From the NCBI GenBank assembly GCA_023213395.1, contig CM041465.1, forward strand, positions 39,315,741 to 39,379,740: a stretch of DNA of 64,000 nucleotides, written 5' to 3'. Origin of the DNA: Cycas panzhihuaensis (taxonomy: Eukaryota > Plantae > Cycadophyta). The notes under the pieces were generated by a model that saw only the letters and a list, made by a program, of their open reading frames with translations, did not search any database and was not told where the DNA came from. The translations under genes were made by a program, and so were the position numbers. Shown in pieces: positions 40,001-54,473 of this stretch. Within the stretch, counting starts at the first letter, position 1. Each line of letters begins with the position of its first letter.

Positions 40001-40620
40001 AAGCCTCTTGAAGATTCTTTCCTTATTATGCTTGAAGCTAGACCTAGCGTACATGGGGTTATGCCTTCCCTCCTTTCTGGAGACATTAGGGTCATAAACT
40101 TATTCTTAAAAGTTAGCCACTTAGGCCTTTCATCTTGTTGCCATCTAAATGGCCTACCTCTAATTTTGACATCTAGGGCTTCTATCATATTGAAGTCTCA
40201 ACAAACCACCCATGTAACATAAAAAAGTTCGCATGCACCCAACTCCAAATATTGGTGCTTTCACTTAGGAGATTATGTGAGTAGGTAGTAAGAATACCCA
40301 ACAACTTGTCACACCTACCAATAAGGTGCACATATTGATTTTGGGGGTTTGATCCATGCATGATAATGAGCTTGCCCCACTGAGACTTGAGGAAAGTAAG
40401 TATGCCACCTTGTCCTTCATCATGTATTGTTGAAAAGGGGATGGAATAGTTCCAAATATACATAATTGTGAACCTAGGATTATTACTAGAACACTTAACT
40501 TCCTGTAGGGAAAGGACATCTAAACCTACAAACCTATTTCTAAATTTCTTAACCACCATATATATAAATTAGTTAGATAGTTTCGTGATGTTTTAACTAA
40601 CAACGTTCATCATGGTCCTC
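37010..40620 (-). mobile_element. Old, degenerate L1/Tx1-like LINE (ORF2 endonuclease-RT) with a GC-rich hairpin segment at its 3' end
   Basis: Endonuclease (40185..40559 DVLSLQEVK; 39836..40054 KRLDRV...SNHHPI); RT 38887..39264 (FPCEFYK...WSPITLLNVSYKILVKALA); decayed FADD region ~38530; GG(L) motif ~38045. Boundaries approximate. Confidence 0.85.
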
Positions 40621-41590
40621 TTCGATGTCCATGCTATGACCCTTCCCATTTAGGTAGTTTCTTAGTAAGAAAAACTAGTTAGGCTCAGCGAATTACTGGA
40701 TGACTTGGGATTCTTAATGACTGGATAAAAAAGGGTCTTAATTAGGACTTCTTCCTTCTCCTCCTAAGTTCACTCCTTAGCCATGGGAGTTTTAGGGTTA
40801 TCAAAAGGGAATATTAGCTTAATAATCAATTATTTCATTGAAAACAAGAAAAATATGAAATAATTGCACCATCACGTTATAGAATTGAGATTGAAGGGGA
40901 TGATATGTCCTTGGATATAATCAAGTATGATGATTACTAATATAAAATTTCATAGGGATAAATGATAAGTTGATTATAATATCAAGGCACCCACATGGCA
41001 AAAGATTACTTAGCAAAAAGGAAGGGTAGGAAAACCCATTTACATATAAATGGGTCAACCAATGTTATGACTAAAATGTGGAGATCAAATCTTGAAGTGT
41101 AAAGATTGTTTAAATGGACACATGATAGGACAAATATGAATCATCCTTGAGTGATCAATAAAAAACATGACTTGTTAGGGCAAACACAAAAGAAAGACAA
41201 TTAAGAGGAGGATGATGGGACCAATCATGCATACATTTCAAGAATAGATCTTTCAACCACACAGGAATCATAACAATTAAGCTAATCATGAGAGGAAAGT
41301 GGTAGATCATATGGAGAGATGCTAAGTAGATGTGCAACAAACACATATATTAGGTCAATTAGAAATTAAAGACAAAACAAACCAATTTTAGGATTGCATA
41401 TGTGATTTGGAGGTAGGGGAACATTAAGTGGAAAACATCATCATTTCACATTAAAACTTTTAGACTATATATATATAGAAAAAGAAAAAAAAAAGAAAAT
41501 CCAACTGATAATTAGTTGATTAGTCAATCATAGACTAGTTGATTCTTTATACATGGAAATAAACAAAACAAAGAGGAGGGAGCAGATCCT

Positions 41591-42451
41591 TGTTGACTTC
41601 TCTCACTATCCTTATGAGAATACACTTATCAAGGGATTAGTAACTGGTAGTCTAGTTAGGGCTTGGTCAACATAGTCATATCATCACTTTCTCATACAAT
41701 TATCATAACAATAAAATATCATAACATCACCATTATGCCATATACTAGTCAATAATTTAACATATATTCACTATGAAATAACCATTATGTACAAGATACT
41801 TAGTATTCCACATAACTCATTATTATATTAAGCAATATCATTGTTAGTGTCCTTACATCGCTGATCCACCATGAATCATAACATATGCTTCAATATTTAC
41901 TCCTATACACTTGGGAATTTATCAAACGACTTAATGACTCAATTCTCACATTAGAGAATATATCACATAAATCATTAACTCGACTCTCACACCAAATTGG
42001 TGGAACAAGCCCAAATAAATACCAAATTAGATGCCTTTTGGGGTAATGGTTGACTTGTGGTTACAATCATTCCTTTTCATAACAAAGTGACATTTCACAT
42101 AATCTTTCATTACAATCACTCAATTAATACACATTTTTTCTGTACGATCGTACATATGTATGTCCATAGATGACATCATTACATTTGGAATGTATGGCTC
42201 AATTTTGGGTGTGCGTTACAAGCATTACTATTTGCATGCATTCCTTTTGAAAAATGTACCCTATCATACATTCCCTAAGAGCTATTTTCTCACATTCTTT
42301 GTGTTTTTTTAGCATGTGTTCCCATGTGCATCCCTCTAGTGATGCGCGTTATTGCATTTTTCATGTCTGAATAAGCAAACATTCCTAATTTTCCATGGTT
42401 CAGAATGACCTAAGTACCATATTTGGCTTTATCATCTATCTAGGGTCAATA
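41591..42451 (-). repeat. Gypsy copy B 3' LTR (~861 bp)
   Basis: TGTTGAC...GTCAATA; homologous to 53613-54473. Confidence 0.9.
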
Positions 42452-42519
42452 AAAAGGGTTGAGTATCCTTGCTTAATTCAAAATTTTTGATTTTGTCCCC
42501 CCCCCCTCCACTCTGTATC

Positions 42520-43620
42520 AAGGTTTCTCTTGTTGCCTCATATTTATTGGAGCTTCACTAGCCTTTAGTATATCTTCATTAATCTAGATGAGGGTGGTTG
42601 TAATTACATCCTTCTATTTTAATTTATCTTGTAAAGTGACAATTTTCACCTTATAGCTTGCTTCTATTTCCTCCACCATCTAAATGATTTATTATCCTTT
42701 TCCTTTTATCAGTGCTAACTAGGAGGATGTTTCTCCTGGTTCCATAGTAGGAGAGAATTCTTCCTCAGTTAGGGCCTATTCCTTTAATGAAGGCTCAGTT
42801 TCCACTTGTTCGTCCTCCTCCTCTCATCTCTATTTGGTTCTCTTTTCTACCACCTATTTGGAGCTATACTGGATTGGACTTCCTAGTGTCTATTGTCACT
42901 ATTTTAAGATTTTTGTCATCTCCTTCTTAATCCTTCTTTTCACTTCCATATCTTGAGTGGATTTAGGGAATGCATCCACTCATTACTTGATCAATGGATC
43001 ATATGATTGAATGGGTAATTGGGTGGTTGTACTTTTGGGCATTGATGTATTAACACCACCGATAACAAGGAGGGATGCCTGAAGAGATGGTTAGTCACTT
43101 CCTTAATCTACTGTGTCATGTTCACGACCAAGAATTCTAACCAATTCATCTACACACCATCATGGATTTGAGGTAGCATTGGAATCATATCTCTTGGAAT
43201 ATATGTGTACTTTTGTTTGGATAAAAACTTGGTGACCATCACTTTTGCCACCCATTGAAGGCTCACATCCCTGATATCTATCACTTAGATTTTTCCCAAG
43301 AATATCTAGGTGTTCTCTTTATATAATGCTCTTACCTAAGTTTTATAGTCCATCTCTGACTACTTTATGGAATTTGGGATATTCCCTTCCTTAGGAAGTC
43401 CAGTAATAGTATGAATAATCTCGACATCTTACTAAATGCATTTGATATTTTCTTTAATTCCAACAAGATGTTTTTTAGTAGTTCTAAGTCCTAGTATAAT
43501 GGAGCCAAATATATATGTTCTCCCCATCCTACCTATTTGACCCTTATTTTGAATGAAGCTAGTAACTCATCTAATTCTACCTTCAATTTGGACAAATAAT
43601 TTTCCTAATAACCTGTAATC
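42520..43620 (-). pseudogene. Extra (env-position) ORF of Gypsy copy B, disrupted
   Basis: Hand translation ...VDELVRILGREHDTVD*GSD*PSLQ(HPSLL)...IK*WMHSLN...MEVKRRIKKEMTKILK...MVEEIEASYKVKIVTLQDKLK*KDVITTTL matches ORF 63404. Confidence 0.7.
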
Positions 43621-43659
43621 TTCACTCTAGACACTAATAGAAAAATAGGAAGTAGTACT

Positions 43660-46600
43660 TGTGATTATTAAGGTTAAGGATTTTACTTAGAATTTTTTAT
43701 TATTTTTCTTAAGTCAATGTTAACGTAGAGTCTTTAGTTAGAGCACAACTTATGTTATTATTAAATATTATGCAAAGTGTTTTCTTTTAGATCTCTCTCA
43801 TTAGCTCCTATTTATAGCCTTTGATGTATATGGATATGGCAAATCTCTCACTTATGTATAATGAGAAGAAGACATTATTCTAGAGTGAAATACTTGTCTA
43901 TTTTATTTCACATGGTATTAGTGTAGGACTAAAGGGACCATTTATTGGAGGTTTAGTTTTTTTCTCTACATCAGTCCAAGGAAGTCTAAAGGGACCACTC
44001 AATGGGAGCTTCAAAAGACAATCTAGGAAATGGTACAGTCTGTAAACTGAAGTTGTATAGAAGTGTATGGACCTATACGAATAAGAAGTTTTGAAGTTGT
44101 TAGATCAAGACAAAACTTTCACACATTGGGCGACTCTGTATGGAGATCCTTTTTCTCCAGAGGATCAACCCCAAATTTAGCCTTCATTAGCGAGAATTTG
44201 AGTTTTTTCAAAAATATTGGTTTGGGTATTCCGTAGTTGATTTCTCTCATTTCTATTAAATTTTTCTTAGAAATTAGATGTATTCTATTATATTTTACAA
44301 GATTTTTTTGTCAAATACTATTTTGTAGGGTCTCATCTGAGATTTTTAAAGATCTCTGTAAATTTCTCTTTTAAACCCTAGTTTCCCATAAAGCTTTCGG
44401 GCCAGTTTTTTGTTGAACCAAACATTTAATCTAAAGACTGACATCAGATCTACATAGATGACCTAACAAACTTCAAAATAAGACCCACTTCATTTTTCAC
44501 CTTTAGGAATTTGTATAACTATATAATCATATTACACTACAATTCTGACCGTACAATCCTTTCTTTACAGAAGATAACTTCTATTTACTCCCTTGGTGAA
44601 AATTATAACTGTCCAGACTAAATTATCCTACTTAGAAATTAAAATTGAAGAATATCTTATCTGCTAAAATGCATGGAATATAGTCAATAAGATGGAATCC
44701 AACCTAAGAAATGTTGATAGGGCTAAGTTTTCCAGTTGGGAAGAAAGAAACATGCATGCCTTTGCTACCATTGCCTTATTAGTTGTTGATTCTCTACTAA
44801 CTCACATTAGTGAGGGCATCATAGTTGTTGAAGCCTAGAGCATCCTTGCCTCCTTATTCCAACAAATAAATGAAGTTAGGATAATTTCTTTAAGGGAATA
44901 ATTATATTAGATTTAGTTAAGAGAAGACAAACCAATATGTAATTTCATCACTAGGTAGTCGAGTTAAAAGAAACCCTTGCATTTGTTGGTGAACCTATCT
45001 CAATCTTTGAACTTGTTAGGCTTATGCTCAGCAAGTTATCTAGATCCTTTGACAATCTGGTAAACACCCTTACTATAGGAGGATTGTCAACCAACATGAC
45101 TTCTAATATTATATGTGGTCATCTTTTCCAACATGAACAAACAATCAAAAGATACAAGAAAAGATAGAAGTTTAAGGAAGCCTTTGCAACTAGGCTTCAT
45201 CTTATAGATAGAGGTCCACTTAGAAGTTGATCAAGAGGAAAAGGAAGAGCTACATGAGGAAGAATGGAAGAGACAAAACTTGTTACTATTGTGGGAGAAT
45301 AATCCATCTTATTAGGGACTGCCATCAATGGAGAAGTGAAATTGCCAAAGGGAAGAGAGTTGCAAGAAATTATACCAAAGAGGAACCAACAGAAGATGAA
45401 AAAGGGTTTACTTTCATACTAGCATAATCCATTCAATACCACCATGACTAGTATATTGACTTCGGGGCATCTCATCATATGACTGTTAGAAGGGATTGGT
45501 TTGAGTTTCTTCACCTGCATGCTAATAGTAACTTTGTGGAGCTAGGGAGATAATTCCACCCTAAGGATTAAAGGAAGAGGAACTATTTCTATTAGAATAA
45601 AAGGAAGAATTTAGAAAGTAAGTAATGTACTTCTTATACCTAGCTTAGGGAAAAATCTCTTATCCATCTCACAATTAACGAAGAAGATAAAATTTTATGT
45701 TATCTTTGATGGAGATAAATGCTTCATTTGTGATAAAATAAAAAGTAGTATTGTAATAGCTAGAGGAATAGAGACTAATAAGTTAAATAAATTAGTCTCT
45801 ACACCTAATGTTCAAGCTCTCTCCCTCTCTCTATGTAGTTTTGATGATAATAAAATTTAACATTCTTGGTATGAGCACACCTCAAATGATAAATTAAGAA
45901 TGCTCAAAATGTCCAATGTGGTTCATGGTCTTCTAGATGTCTCATTTAATTGTAATGTTTGTGAAGGATGAATGTTAGGAAAACAACACAGATCTCATTT
46001 TTAGCCAAGAATATGGAGAGCTCAAATAAGCTTGAACTAATACATAATGATCTATGTAGAGCAATCTCCCTAAACTCCATCAATGGTGCTAGGTATTTCT
46101 TCACCCTCATAGATGATTTCAATAGAAAAGCTTGGGTGTATTTCATTACCAACAGATCAGAAGCCCTCAACATATTCAAAGAATTCAAAGTTGTGGTTGA
46201 ATTAGAGAGTGGGCACAAGATTAAAGTTCTTAGGACAGCTACAGGAGGGGAATACACCTCTAATGATTTGTACAAGTATTGTAAAGCCCATGGTATCCGT
46301 AGGTAGCTGACCATTACTTACACACCCCAGTCAAATGGGGTTGCAAAGAGGCTAAGCAAAACAATAATATAAATAGATAGATGCATGCTAAAAGAGAAAT
46401 GAGTTTCAAATGTTGTTGGGTTGAAGTAATCAACATAACAATCTACCTTCTAAATAGATGTCCCACTAGCACCCTTGAAAAACTCACTCCTAGAGAAGCT
46501 TGGTTCAAAAGGAAACTAGACATTAGCCATCTCAAGATCTTTGGAAGCATTGCTTATGTGTATATCCCAGATAAGAAAAGATCTAAGCTAGATGATAAGA

Positions 46601-47250
46601 GCATCAAATGTATCCTAGTTGGGTACAACAGTAAGTCTAAAGCATATAGATGCTTGGACCTAAAGATAAACAAAATCTACATCAACAAAGATCTAACCTT
46701 TGATGAAATATCAAAGGAGGAAGTCAAGGAAGTTACCTTCCTCAAAAAATTAGTATAGGAAGAAATCATACCTCACCAAGAGTTAACATGCAATCAACCA
46801 TCAATTTCTTAGGAAGGAAATGACTTGAGAGAAGGTGCCAAGTATATTATTTCTCCAACTACGAATGAACAACTAAGGGAATCCTATTAATCTTATACCA
46901 TAATACCCAAATGGTATCAGAAAACCTTAGAAGATTTCTAAGGGTGAGACTTTTAAGAAGCAAACTAGGCTTCAAAAGCATCAAGCCTTGATTTGATCTA
47001 TTGAATCATAAAATTATAAAGAGGAATGTAGAGATGAAACATAGAAAATTGCAATGAAAAAGGAACTTCTTACCATTAAATAGAATGAAACATGGGATAT
47101 GGTTCCACTACCTAAGGAAAAACCCATAATTGGATGTAAATGGGTTTATAAGATCAAGGAAAAACTTGATGGGATCATTGAGAAGTATAAAGCTCGACTA
47201 GTTGCCAAGGGATATGCTTAAGACTGTAGGGATTGATTATTAAGAAACTT
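43660..47250 (+). mobile_element. 3'-truncated Ty1/Copia (Copia-3, related to Copia-1); 5' LTR 43660-43912
   Basis: LTR TGTGA...TCACA followed by PBS-like tggtattagtg. Gag KLSRSFDNLVNTLT resembles Copia-1 KLPKSFDNMVNMLT; CYYCGRIIHLIRDC knuckle; integrase 45968..46758; RT breaks off after GIDY*ETL. Confidence 0.88.
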
Positions 47251-50200
47251 TGGAACTTAGCCATGTTGAAATGAGTCTTAATTTTAGTGATTTGGCATTT
47301 ATTTTTGCTTGTTTACATTATGCATTCTATGTTGGAATGCTTACAAGAATGTATGGTTCTTTTTGTCACTTTGTATTCCTCTATTATATACATTCTCAAT
47401 ACCATTCCTTTTTGGAACATATAATATATTTTGGAGGAACGTATACTTAAATTTCAACTTCTTTGTAAGTTTTTCAATGATGATTTTTTTGGTTTCAATT
47501 TTCTTTCTTTTTTTCTTTTTTTTTTGCTCATAATATTATCATGTTGCTAAGTGTATAATAGGAGTTACAATTTTTTTCTTTTGTGTTTTTTATTTTTATG
47601 TATCTTTCTTTTAAATTTTTATTTTCTTTTTTATGTACTAGGCTGGAATCACATTTTGGAATTGAGACATCATTGATTTTCTCTAATGTCAAGCAACACG
47701 TATGCTATAACTAGTTGATTCCTCTTATAAATATGTTGTACCCTAACTATAATAGGGTTTTAGTCGATTGCTATTGACCAAGGTTGGTAGTTGTTGTTCA
47801 TTGATTTCCCTTAGTTTGACTAAGCCATTATCGAAGATTTTATCAATGATATCTAGTCCTAACCACCATATTTTCAATTTCCCTGGGTGTGTATGAAGCT
47901 TATTATTGTATAATAGAACTTCCTTCCTAAAACTGAGATACTTTCAGGGGGTAGTCTTGCCATGCTCTTTGCCATATTTTTTCGATATTTGTAACCACTT
48001 TTCCCTATATCTTGTCTCCTCAAGTTGTAATAGTTGTCGTAGTCCCTCTTAAGGAATAAAAGTTGTCTAATTAACAAGCCATGGTAACTCTTAGGCTTGA
48101 TATCTCAAATTCAATTAGGAGAATTCTGAGCACCAACTAGAATGGTGTTTGTTTGGTCATCTTTTTATATGTAGTTCTAAAGGCCCATAACACTAATGGT
48201 AGTTTTTTTATCTAATTGAATCTGCCTACGTCATATGCTTTTTGAAGATAATTCTTAAGGATTTTATTCAAACTTTCAGCTTGTCCATTTGCTCGGGGAC
48301 AACAAGGTGTCAATTTTTTGTGACTAATCATGAATTTAGATGTCAATTCTTCTATCACTTGAGTTAGAAAATGTGGACCTTAGTCACTCATAATCTCTAT
48401 GGACATCCATAGCGTGTGATGATCACTTCATACAAGATTGTGGCTGTGCTTTCTAGATCAACTTTCCATAATGGTTTTACCTCCACCTATTTGGTCATAT
48501 AATCTATGACAAAGAGAATGCATCGAGCTTGGGAACACCAGGCTACTAGTTTGATAGGCCCAACGAAATCAAGGCCCCATTTCTTGAATGGTGCTAAAGG
48601 TAGGATTGGGTTAAGAGGCTAGAAGTCCTGATGACTTGGCTTTCCTACCCACTAGTAGTAGTTACACTTTTTGATCTATTTCTTGATTAGCTCGAACATT
48701 GTAGGCCATTAAAATCCTGCAGATAACACATTTTTCCATGTCACCATTTTCCCATATGACATCCTGCCACACTTTCATGTGCTTAGCTCATGATTTATTT
48801 GATCTTGCATAGTTTAATGCAACAATGAAATACCTCATTAAGGCTAAGGTGATACCATCCTCCTTAGATCAACTGGCGTGGTTCTGCTTTTTGAACCAAG
48901 TGTCTTCATTCTGTTTAATCCATGTTTGGTGGGAATTTGCCCATTACAAGATATTTAGGGATCCCCTCATATGACTATGTCAAAATTGCATCTACAGTAA
49001 AGAGTGTTACATTTGAAAAATCATCTTCTATGCATGTTCCTTCTTCCTCATTCTTCTTGGATACAATCACTATGGGACTAATCATTATAATCAATTATAT
49101 ATATATATATATAAAACTAGCTTCCAACGTTTTATCTAATTCTACGCTAACCTTCTCCTTGTACTTATGATTTATGCAATAAGGTCTTTGCTTCATGGAT
49201 TTTGCTCCATTTATCAAATCAATGTGATGCATCTCAATCTTTGGAGGGAGGCCTTTCAGTTCTTTGCAAGACTGTGCAATCACATTTGTGTTCTCCTTAA
49301 ACAAGGCCTATGCCTTTGCCACTATTTTATCATCCTAATAGTCTCTAATGAGTATATTTCAAGGATTCTCTTGTGTTCCCATACTGATCTTAGTCATTTT
49401 TATTTTTTCCACCTCTACATTATTCCTATCAATGATTTGGTGAGTTGGGGTATTCTCAATATCCCACTTCCTATATTCCAACTTGGGATATTTTGGAGGA
49501 AAGTATGATTCTCTTCCTCCGCTTTGGCTTCCCTTCTTTTTGTAGTTATGCAAATGACATAGTTTTAGGCTACTCTACCTCCATGCTTAATCTCTTAATG
49601 TGTTTTAATAAATTTTCTATGTTTTTGTCTTAGGATAAATGTAAAAATATTTAATAAAAGAATCCTTGAGATTATGCCAAGATGTTTCTAGGGTTTTCTC
49701 CTTCTCCAACTTCTAATTTTGCCCTATTTTTCTTAAATTATGGAAAAATAAGTGACTTCAATCAGTTTTAGGAAACTTTGTGATACCTAGTAGCTTTTAC
49801 ATCTCTACATATGTTTCCTAGGGCAATCTCCTACTAGAAATGATGGTACACTTAATTTCTTGGGGGTGGCAATCATAGTTGAAAGGCTGTATGAGAATTT
49901 GCCCATTTTCGAAGGAAAGCTTAATGGGCTAGATACCAATACCATGCAAACCCTCTCAAAGTTAATATGAAATTTAGATATCATTATGATTTATGTACTA
50001 TTCTTTTCTCAATCCAATATTTCATACATTAGATCAAGTAAGTAGTTCCATATAATTGTTCTCTAAAATATAGACTTTCATAATTTCTTATATATGGGCC
50101 AAATTTCCTTTTTTCTAGGATAATTATTTGGTCTCTTAGACTAGAGTCTCAAGAGGTACTTTCCATAGATCTCTCCTCCGTTAGTGACTTGCTACTCATG

Positions 50201-53200
50201 GGTGTATCATTTCCCCAAGGAAGAGGATCTATTGTTGGGTGGGTGTACTTGAAGAGAGGATGAGGAAGGGTTATTATTTCCTTCCCTATAATGAGTTGGG
50301 GTTAGAGGAGGGTTATCTATCTCAAAACCCATTTAAGGTAGAGGGAAGCTTAGGGTTGGGAAAAGGTAAGAAATTAGCGTTTGAGTAGGGATTAGGGTTA
50401 GATTTGGGGCAAGGATTATGGTTTAGGGCTAAGGGTTTTGTTTGAACCATTTTTACACTAACAACAAATTCATCATTCATACATTCATTTTCTAATGTAT
50501 TTTCTATCCTATTACTACAATGATAACTAAAATAATCAGAAGAATTAAGTTTTTTATTTATTTCATTAGTAGCATATACAAAAGTTAGGTTGCATCGAAG
50601 GATGGTGGGTTGATCTTGTACAATTCATGCAACTAGTAGTCAACAAATTTTTTGGTTCCTTCTTCATTTGAGGAACTATACAACTTCCCAAAATAATTGG
50701 GCTCATACTCTTAAGAGTTAATCAATTTAGTTGAATCTTTTTCTGTATGATATAAGTTAATTTTCTTAAAAGCTGATGAAGCACCGTCGTTGGCAATCAT
50801 TGTACTTAATACGCCATCGAGAATCATTTCGATGGAATATTTTTCAAGCATGGGAAGGATAACTTCATTTTCCCCATTTGCCAATTTGAAGGTAACATCT
50901 TTCTAGCTCCAGAGTCAGTCTTTTTTATTAAACCATGGGTGGCCAAGGAATCCTAAGTAGGCTACCATCCCTTTTACTATTTCCATGATAGTAAAATTAA
51001 TCATTACTACAATACTGGCTACATCGACTTTGACATTCAATAATTTTCCAACTAGTTTAACCAATAGTTCATTAGCCAATTTCAAGGAATATGTTGTTCC
51101 TTCCAGTTTAGGGTTTTCTAGATCTTTTTAAGTGGTGGTTGGTAACACGTTTACTACTGCATCACCATCAACAATCACATTGTACAATTTGCTGCCTAAA
51201 ACTATGATTGATACTATTGGATTAAGATTGAAGGAAGGTATAATTTTCTTCAAACTCTTAACATCTTCCTTTGGGTGTAATACCCCTTGTTTTTATCCAT
51301 TTGATCACTTATTGTAATGGAATGGTTAGCAATAATTATTTCACTAATTTTTCCATCAACATTAATGTTTGGGGTATATCCTCTATTGGTAATCCTTTGA
51401 ATAATTCTTTTGCCTATACCAATTGAGGCTTTGGTTGGGTTTCTTGAATAACGGGTCCCTTCTCCTTAGGTTTATTCTTTGCCACATAGACACATTTGGT
51501 TTCAGGTTTTCCCCTAGATAATGAATTTTTTGCCTCCTTCCTAACACCTTTTTCCAAAGTTCTCTTGGCTAATTTAAATCGATTAATTTCCACCTTTGGG
51601 TTGGGGTAATCTTTATCATTTTTTCATTCCCCTTCTACTTGCTTCTCATTTGACACTTCACATTTTTGTTGGACTTAAGGACTATGGTCGTTAAGTTAGT
51701 ATCCTTCACTTTTCCTTTACTTTATGGTCTGTAAGACCATAATCTTTGGACCTAAAAGGACATTATGGGCCTTGACTGTTGGGAACTCTAATTTCCAATG
51801 GATAAACTCTAAGCATACTAAACATCTCCCCATTGATGATTTCTTTTTGGATGATTCAGACATGCTTCTAATGTAATAAAGGTGTCTTGCCAAGTCAATA
51901 TCTCAACCTTTGTAACTTCTCCCCCTTAGGTTAAAATAACAGTCCTTTATATTGTGGTTGTCCACATCATAAATGGGACACCACTTAACTTGTTTTCTCA
52001 CTACACTATTCTTGGGATTGAGCTCATATTCCTTTGTAGAGTATGAGTCCTCTGTGTAAATGTAGCACCATTTTTCCAATTTGAATTCTTTTCCTTTTTG
52101 CCTTTTGTTTTCCTCTTCTTCCTTTTTATTTTTCATTTTCAATCGTGCCACTTGCCTTCTTAGATTTTTTATTTTTGACTCTTCTTCTGTCTTCTCTCCC
52201 TAATCAATAGGTCATTTACATTGATTTTTCTTCAACTCTCACAGCTCTTCTTATAATCTGAGTAGTAACGGGTCATACCCTATCTTTGTTTTGAAGTCCA
52301 AAGCTAACTCTTGGGAATTTTTAAAGGACTTAAGAGGATGCATATGCATCATAGATCTAAACTTTTTATTTAATACTCTGATAAAGTCATTATTCATATT
52401 ATGGTCTATCATTGTCTTATTTATTATACTGGCCACAATCATTTTCATACGACTGATATAGGTTAATATTGATTCATTTGATTTTTGTTTGATTTCTTTT
52501 AATGTGCTTTCAACAGCCGCATTGCTATGAAACTTCTACAATCTCTCTTCAAAAAGATTTTTTATGTTTTCCCATATTTCTGTTTTGTCTAATTCCTTGT
52601 ACCATGCGAATGGTCCTCCTCTTAGGGTGTAAGCAAATCTTGCCTCAATTTCTTGCTCATCATCAACTTTCTTCATGTCTATGAAATTTTGAAAGAGGTA
52701 CATGTGTTCAACAACACCAGATATTTCATTGAAAGGTAACTTCCCAAACTCCCTTAAGTCATCCATCCTTGGTGAGTTCAATTGTGTGCCTCTTCGTGAT
52801 GGTGAAATTCCTCCCCCTAAGGATGTGGTTTCTTCTTCTAAAGATATCTTTACTTTCCCTATAATTTTGGATTCCTCTAGCATTGACCCTTCCAAGTAAG
52901 GGATTCTTATAAGGTTTTTTCAAATGAATGGTTTCAAGCACTCTTGATACCTATATTGTCAATGGTGTCATTATTAAGTATGATTGCTTAAACCCCTTAT
53001 CTAGTGACTCTTCAAACAACTGCATTGTTAATCTATTTTTCTAGTATGTTGAGGGACCTTCCTTTGTCTTCTCCTTGTGATCGTTTAGGTCCTTTGAAGT
53101 ATAGTACACACTTATTTCTTTCACCTTCACTAGGGTTTATTTTCTTTTTTGAAATATTATTTTGTTTCATTTAGAATTTCCTCCCTTTCTAAGTTAATGA

Positions 53201-53598
53201 TATCAAATCCAATTGGGGTTAGTGTTATTACCATTTATTCCCTATATCTCACAAGCTCTTACTCTTGGGGTGTCTGGTCTCTAGTTACCTCAAATCCTTC
53301 AACTAACTATCTGTTAGCCTTGTTACTCTTATTGAGGCTTATCCTCCTAAACCTTTTTAATTTGGCTTCTTTTGACCATTTTAAAGCCTATTGTCTGCTT
53401 GATTCCACTAATCCCTTAGGTGAAGTTCATTTTGGTGGCTCTCTAGCCTTTGAGGGCCTCTTTTGTGGCATTGGAATTGTCCCTGGCTGTTGAAGGCTTA
53501 GTTATGACCTTCCATTATGATGATAAGAAGGGTTCCTTGGTCTTTGAACATAATACATTGATAAAAATTCCTAGCCCAATCTCTCCTTAGTGGATGTA

Positions 53599-53611
53599 GG
53601 CAATGTAACCA
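53599..53611 (-). promoter_or_regulatory. Primer binding site, probably tRNA-Glu (or tRNA-Asp)
   Basis: Sense sequence TGGTTACATTGCC 1 nt from the LTR; 11/13 match to TGGTTCCGTTGCC, the complement of the plant tRNA-Glu 3' end as I recall it. Confidence 0.55.
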
Positions 53612-53612
53612 A

Positions 53613-54473
53613 TGTTGACTTCCTTCACTATCCTTATGAGAATACATTTGTCAAGAGATCATTAGGGCTTGGTCAACATAGTCATATCATCACTTTCTTA
53701 TACAGTTATCATGTTAATAAAACATCATAACATTATCATTATGCCATATACTAGTCAGTAATCCAAAATACATTCACCATGAAATAATCATTATGTATAA
53801 GATACTTAGTATTCCATGTAACTCATTATTATATTAAGCAATATCACTGCCAATGTCCTTACATCACTAAAAATGGACATATCCTGCATGCGTTCCACCA
53901 TGAATCATAACATATGCTTCAATATTCACTCTTATACACCTAGGAATGTATCAAAAGACTTAATGACTTGGATTTCATACTAGAGAACATATCAAATGAC
54001 TCATAAACTTGGCTCTTATACCAAATTGGTGGGACAAGCCCTAATAAATACTAAATTACATGCCTTTTGGTGGAATGGTTGTGACTTATAGATACAACTC
54101 TTTCTTTTTATAACAAAGTGACCTTTCACTTAGTCTTTCATTACAATCACTTAATTAATACACATTCCATTTGTACGATTGCATGTACATATGCCTATGG
54201 ATGATTTCATCATATATAGAATGTACAACTTAATTCTAGGTGTGCATTCCATGAATTTCTTTCTATGCATTCTACATGTATTCCTATATGTGTGCATTCC
54301 TTTTGGGAATATACCTTGTTATGCGTTTCTTGAGAGTTGTTTGGGTCTTTTGCATGTGTTCCCACGTGCCATCCCTATGGTGATGTGTTCTTGTATTCCT
54401 CATATCAAAATGAACATACGTTCCTATTTTTCCATGGTCCAAAATGACCTAAGTATTATATTTTATCCTAATA
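53613..54473 (-). repeat. Gypsy copy B 5' LTR
   Basis: tgttgacttc..tcactatccttatgagaataca...gacctaagta matches the left LTR (roughly 75-80%); small deletion near the right end. Confidence 0.85.

Larger units (their letters stand above)
41591..54473 (-). mobile_element. Ty3/Gypsy copy B (TGTTGAC-LTR lineage) with both LTRs; RT/RNase H largely deleted; hosts Copia-3
   Basis: LTRs 41591-42451 and 53613-~54473 align along their length; TSD ATCCT/ATCTT; PBS 53599-53611. Gag 52895-51900 (CCHC-like KWCPIYDVDNH...DC), protease ~51200-50900, RT start 49553-49100, integrase ~48900-47870, extra ORF ~43600-42520. Confidence 0.88.

Noticed and set aside
50320-50440. TTAGGG/TAGGGTT runs as interstitial telomere
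   Set aside because: They are the antisense of the Pro/Asn-rich (NP)n coding segment also seen in copy D (3660-3700).
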